Source: Macrostomum lignano
Lineage: Eukaryota
Direction of reading: 5' to 3'
DNA length: 64,000 nt
Assembly (NCBI GenBank): GCA_002269645.1
Contig: NIVC01000469.1
Coordinates: forward strand, 1 to 64,000
A model generated the notes under the pieces. That model worked only from the letters and a program-made list of their open reading frames with translations. It did no database searches and was not told the origin of the DNA. Shown one piece after another: positions 62,901-64,000 of this stretch (positions are counted from its first letter, which is position 1; each line of letters starts with the position of its first letter). The position numbers and the translations under genes are program-made.

Positions 62901-62938
62901 GCTTTGAGCAGCAATCTTCCTCCGGCTGCAGCTGTTAG
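52046..62938 (+). CDS. Rab3: Rab3 small GTPase, 210 aa (canonical isoform using exon 3b)
   Basis: join(52046-52249, 55383-55501, 60142-60266, 61928-62059, 62886-62938) = 633 nt. [51 protein letters not shown]-terminal GCSC* prenylation motif. Confidence 0.96.
52302..52712. repeat. ~22-bp degenerate minisatellite (ATCCCATGTCAGGGTTTTGGAT)n
   Basis: Starts ~50 nt after the Rab3 exon 1 donor. Confidence 0.9.
53280..53775. repeat. 35-bp minisatellite built from 5-mer GGTAT-like subunits
   Basis: Unit GTATAGTTTGGAATGGTATGGTATGGGTTAGAATG. Confidence 0.92.
53879..53968. repeat. (CT)n microsatellite
   Basis: Direct reading. Confidence 0.97.
54590..55075. repeat. pyrimidine array of CCTCT / CTCATAT units
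   Basis: Direct reading. Confidence 0.9.
55850..57205. repeat. 18-bp array (CTCCTCATATCCTCTGCT)n followed by (CCTCT)n
   Basis: Period of 18 to ~56600, then 5-mer; source of the 469-523-aa pseudo-ORFs. Confidence 0.96.
57977..58326 (+). mobile_element. hAT (Charlie-like) MITE with an internal GA-rich tract
   Basis: TIR CAGGGGTCGGCAAAC / GTTCGTCGACCCCTG; subterminal GCGGGCCGCATGTGGCC; no clean TSD. Confidence 0.8.
58594..58919 (+). mobile_element. tRNA-derived CORE-type SINE, apparently full length
   Basis: A box AGCCTAGTGGTTAGAGCG, B box GGTTCGATTCC (58650-58660), CORE-like GTGTCCTTGAGCAAGACACTTAACCC...CTGTAAAATGGG, 3' 13-bp stem-loop (58871-58906), A-rich end, candidate TSD TTAAGATA. Confidence 0.82.
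59214..59338 (+). CDS. Rab3: Rab3 alternative exon 3a (tandem duplicate of exon 3; candidate mutually exclusive exon)
   Basis: CAG|G ... TTG G|GT, 125 nt with the same length and phases as exon 3b; no stop; encodes (W)[41 protein letters not shown](G). Confidence 0.85.
60530..61190. repeat. ~97-bp tandem repeat, ~7 copies, in Rab3 intron 3
   Basis: Period 60721/60818. Confidence 0.93.
62125..62780. repeat. pyrimidine-rich array (CTCACCATCTCCCT variants) filling the last Rab3 intron
   Basis: Direct reading. Confidence 0.9.
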
Positions 62939-64000
62939 AGCTGGCCGCCTGCTGCCGCTCGCGCCGGCCAGCCCGCCCGTTTTTCTCTTCTCTCTTTCCG
63001 TGCTCGATTGCATCATCTGCCGGAGCCTCATCTCTCTCATTTTGAATCCTGCCGGGCTTCATAACCCCCTCCCTCAAAATCAGCTGGACGTCACCGATCT
63101 GGTCAAGGAAGACGCGACAAGCGAACAGTCTATGAGCTCATTACTAATTGCAGTCATATTATAGACTATTTTTTGCAAAGATTCAATTTAATTATCATTG
63201 GCATCCATTTCAAGTACAAACAATAAGCTCGCGCTGGTCTAATGTTGTTCCGCGTTTAAAAATATTTAAAAGTATTGTACTTTTCCCGTTGAAAACGATA
63301 CCGTCACAAGAGTCGCTAAAAAGTCGTTTCAAGCAACTCGCTACGAGCTAGTGACTCTTGTGACTTTTTAACGACTCAAAAGACTGTAGTCGGACGGAGA
63401 CGTCAGGTGTTGAATTTTAAAAGAGTCGGGAAAGAGTCGTCCAAGAATTGTTGTTTTGGTGCTTAACTTTCTACTAACTCAGTAGGCTAGCTAGAGTGCA
63501 ATTAGAGAGCAATGGGCTATACTGGGTGTTGATTGGGTAACTCTAACTCCGGCTCTTCTGCGACTTTTTAGCGACTCTTATCTTGCCATCTCGTAGTTTT
63601 AGAGTCGTCTGGAGTCGCTTCTTTCCTATTTAACCTGCGTCATCTGCAACGACTCCGAAACGCCAAGGTATTGTTTTCATCGGGTTTATTGGTTTACAAG
63701 ATAATACGAGTATGAATCTGTGCAATTTTACAGTTAGAATAAATTTTCCTGATTCGTCCTTACTACTTATACTACTGAGTCATTGTGTTACTATTTGGGC
63801 CGCCAGTAGTGTGTATAAGTTTTTGCTTCACTGCATTGCGGCGTAGTTCAAATTGATTAACAGAACTACAGGTTTAGTAGAGTATTCAACTCCGATTGTC
63901 TTCGAGTAGCTATTAGTCTTGTTGCCTGTGCAATAATCCAAATGCCGCTCTGTTGTTTGGTGTCTTGGCTAAAAATTTCTTCACTCATTAATTATTATCG

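Noticed and set aside
63300-63620. Imperfect inverted motifs GAGTCGCTAAAAAGTCG / CGACTTTTTAGCGACTC
   Set aside because: Probably a decayed MITE, but ends and TSD could not be defined.

Overview
Eukaryotic (animal) genomic DNA, not prokaryotic: spliceosomal GT-AG introns, GC-rich exons, ~80-nt short introns next to introns bloated by minisatellites. This style suggests a free-living flatworm such as Macrostomum (inference only). Genes reconstructed exon by exon with consistent phases: two tandem SLC10 Na+/bile-acid-cotransporter-like paralogs (-; the left copy runs off the window and carries many homopolymer indels), an unknown Gln-rich single-exon ORF (+), a synaptotagmin-14/16-like tandem-C2 gene (-), an RNF13/RNF167-like PA-TM-RING ligase (-), an ABCG2-like half transporter (+) and Rab3 (+). 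The best find is in Rab3: exon 3 is present as two tandem, diverged, equal-length (125 nt), same-phase copies, the hallmark of mutually exclusive splicing, and they differ in the effector-contacting alpha3/loop7 region. Other points: a 160-nt near-identical tract between the SLC10 paralogs (gene conversion), nested transposons (a mariner-like MITE holding a hAT MITE and a tRNA/CORE-type SINE; a Tc1 relic holding an 8-bp-TSD MITE), two 5'-truncated retroposon insertions with TSDs, and about 20 unrelated tandem arrays. Most long ORFs in the ORF track are artefacts of these arrays.
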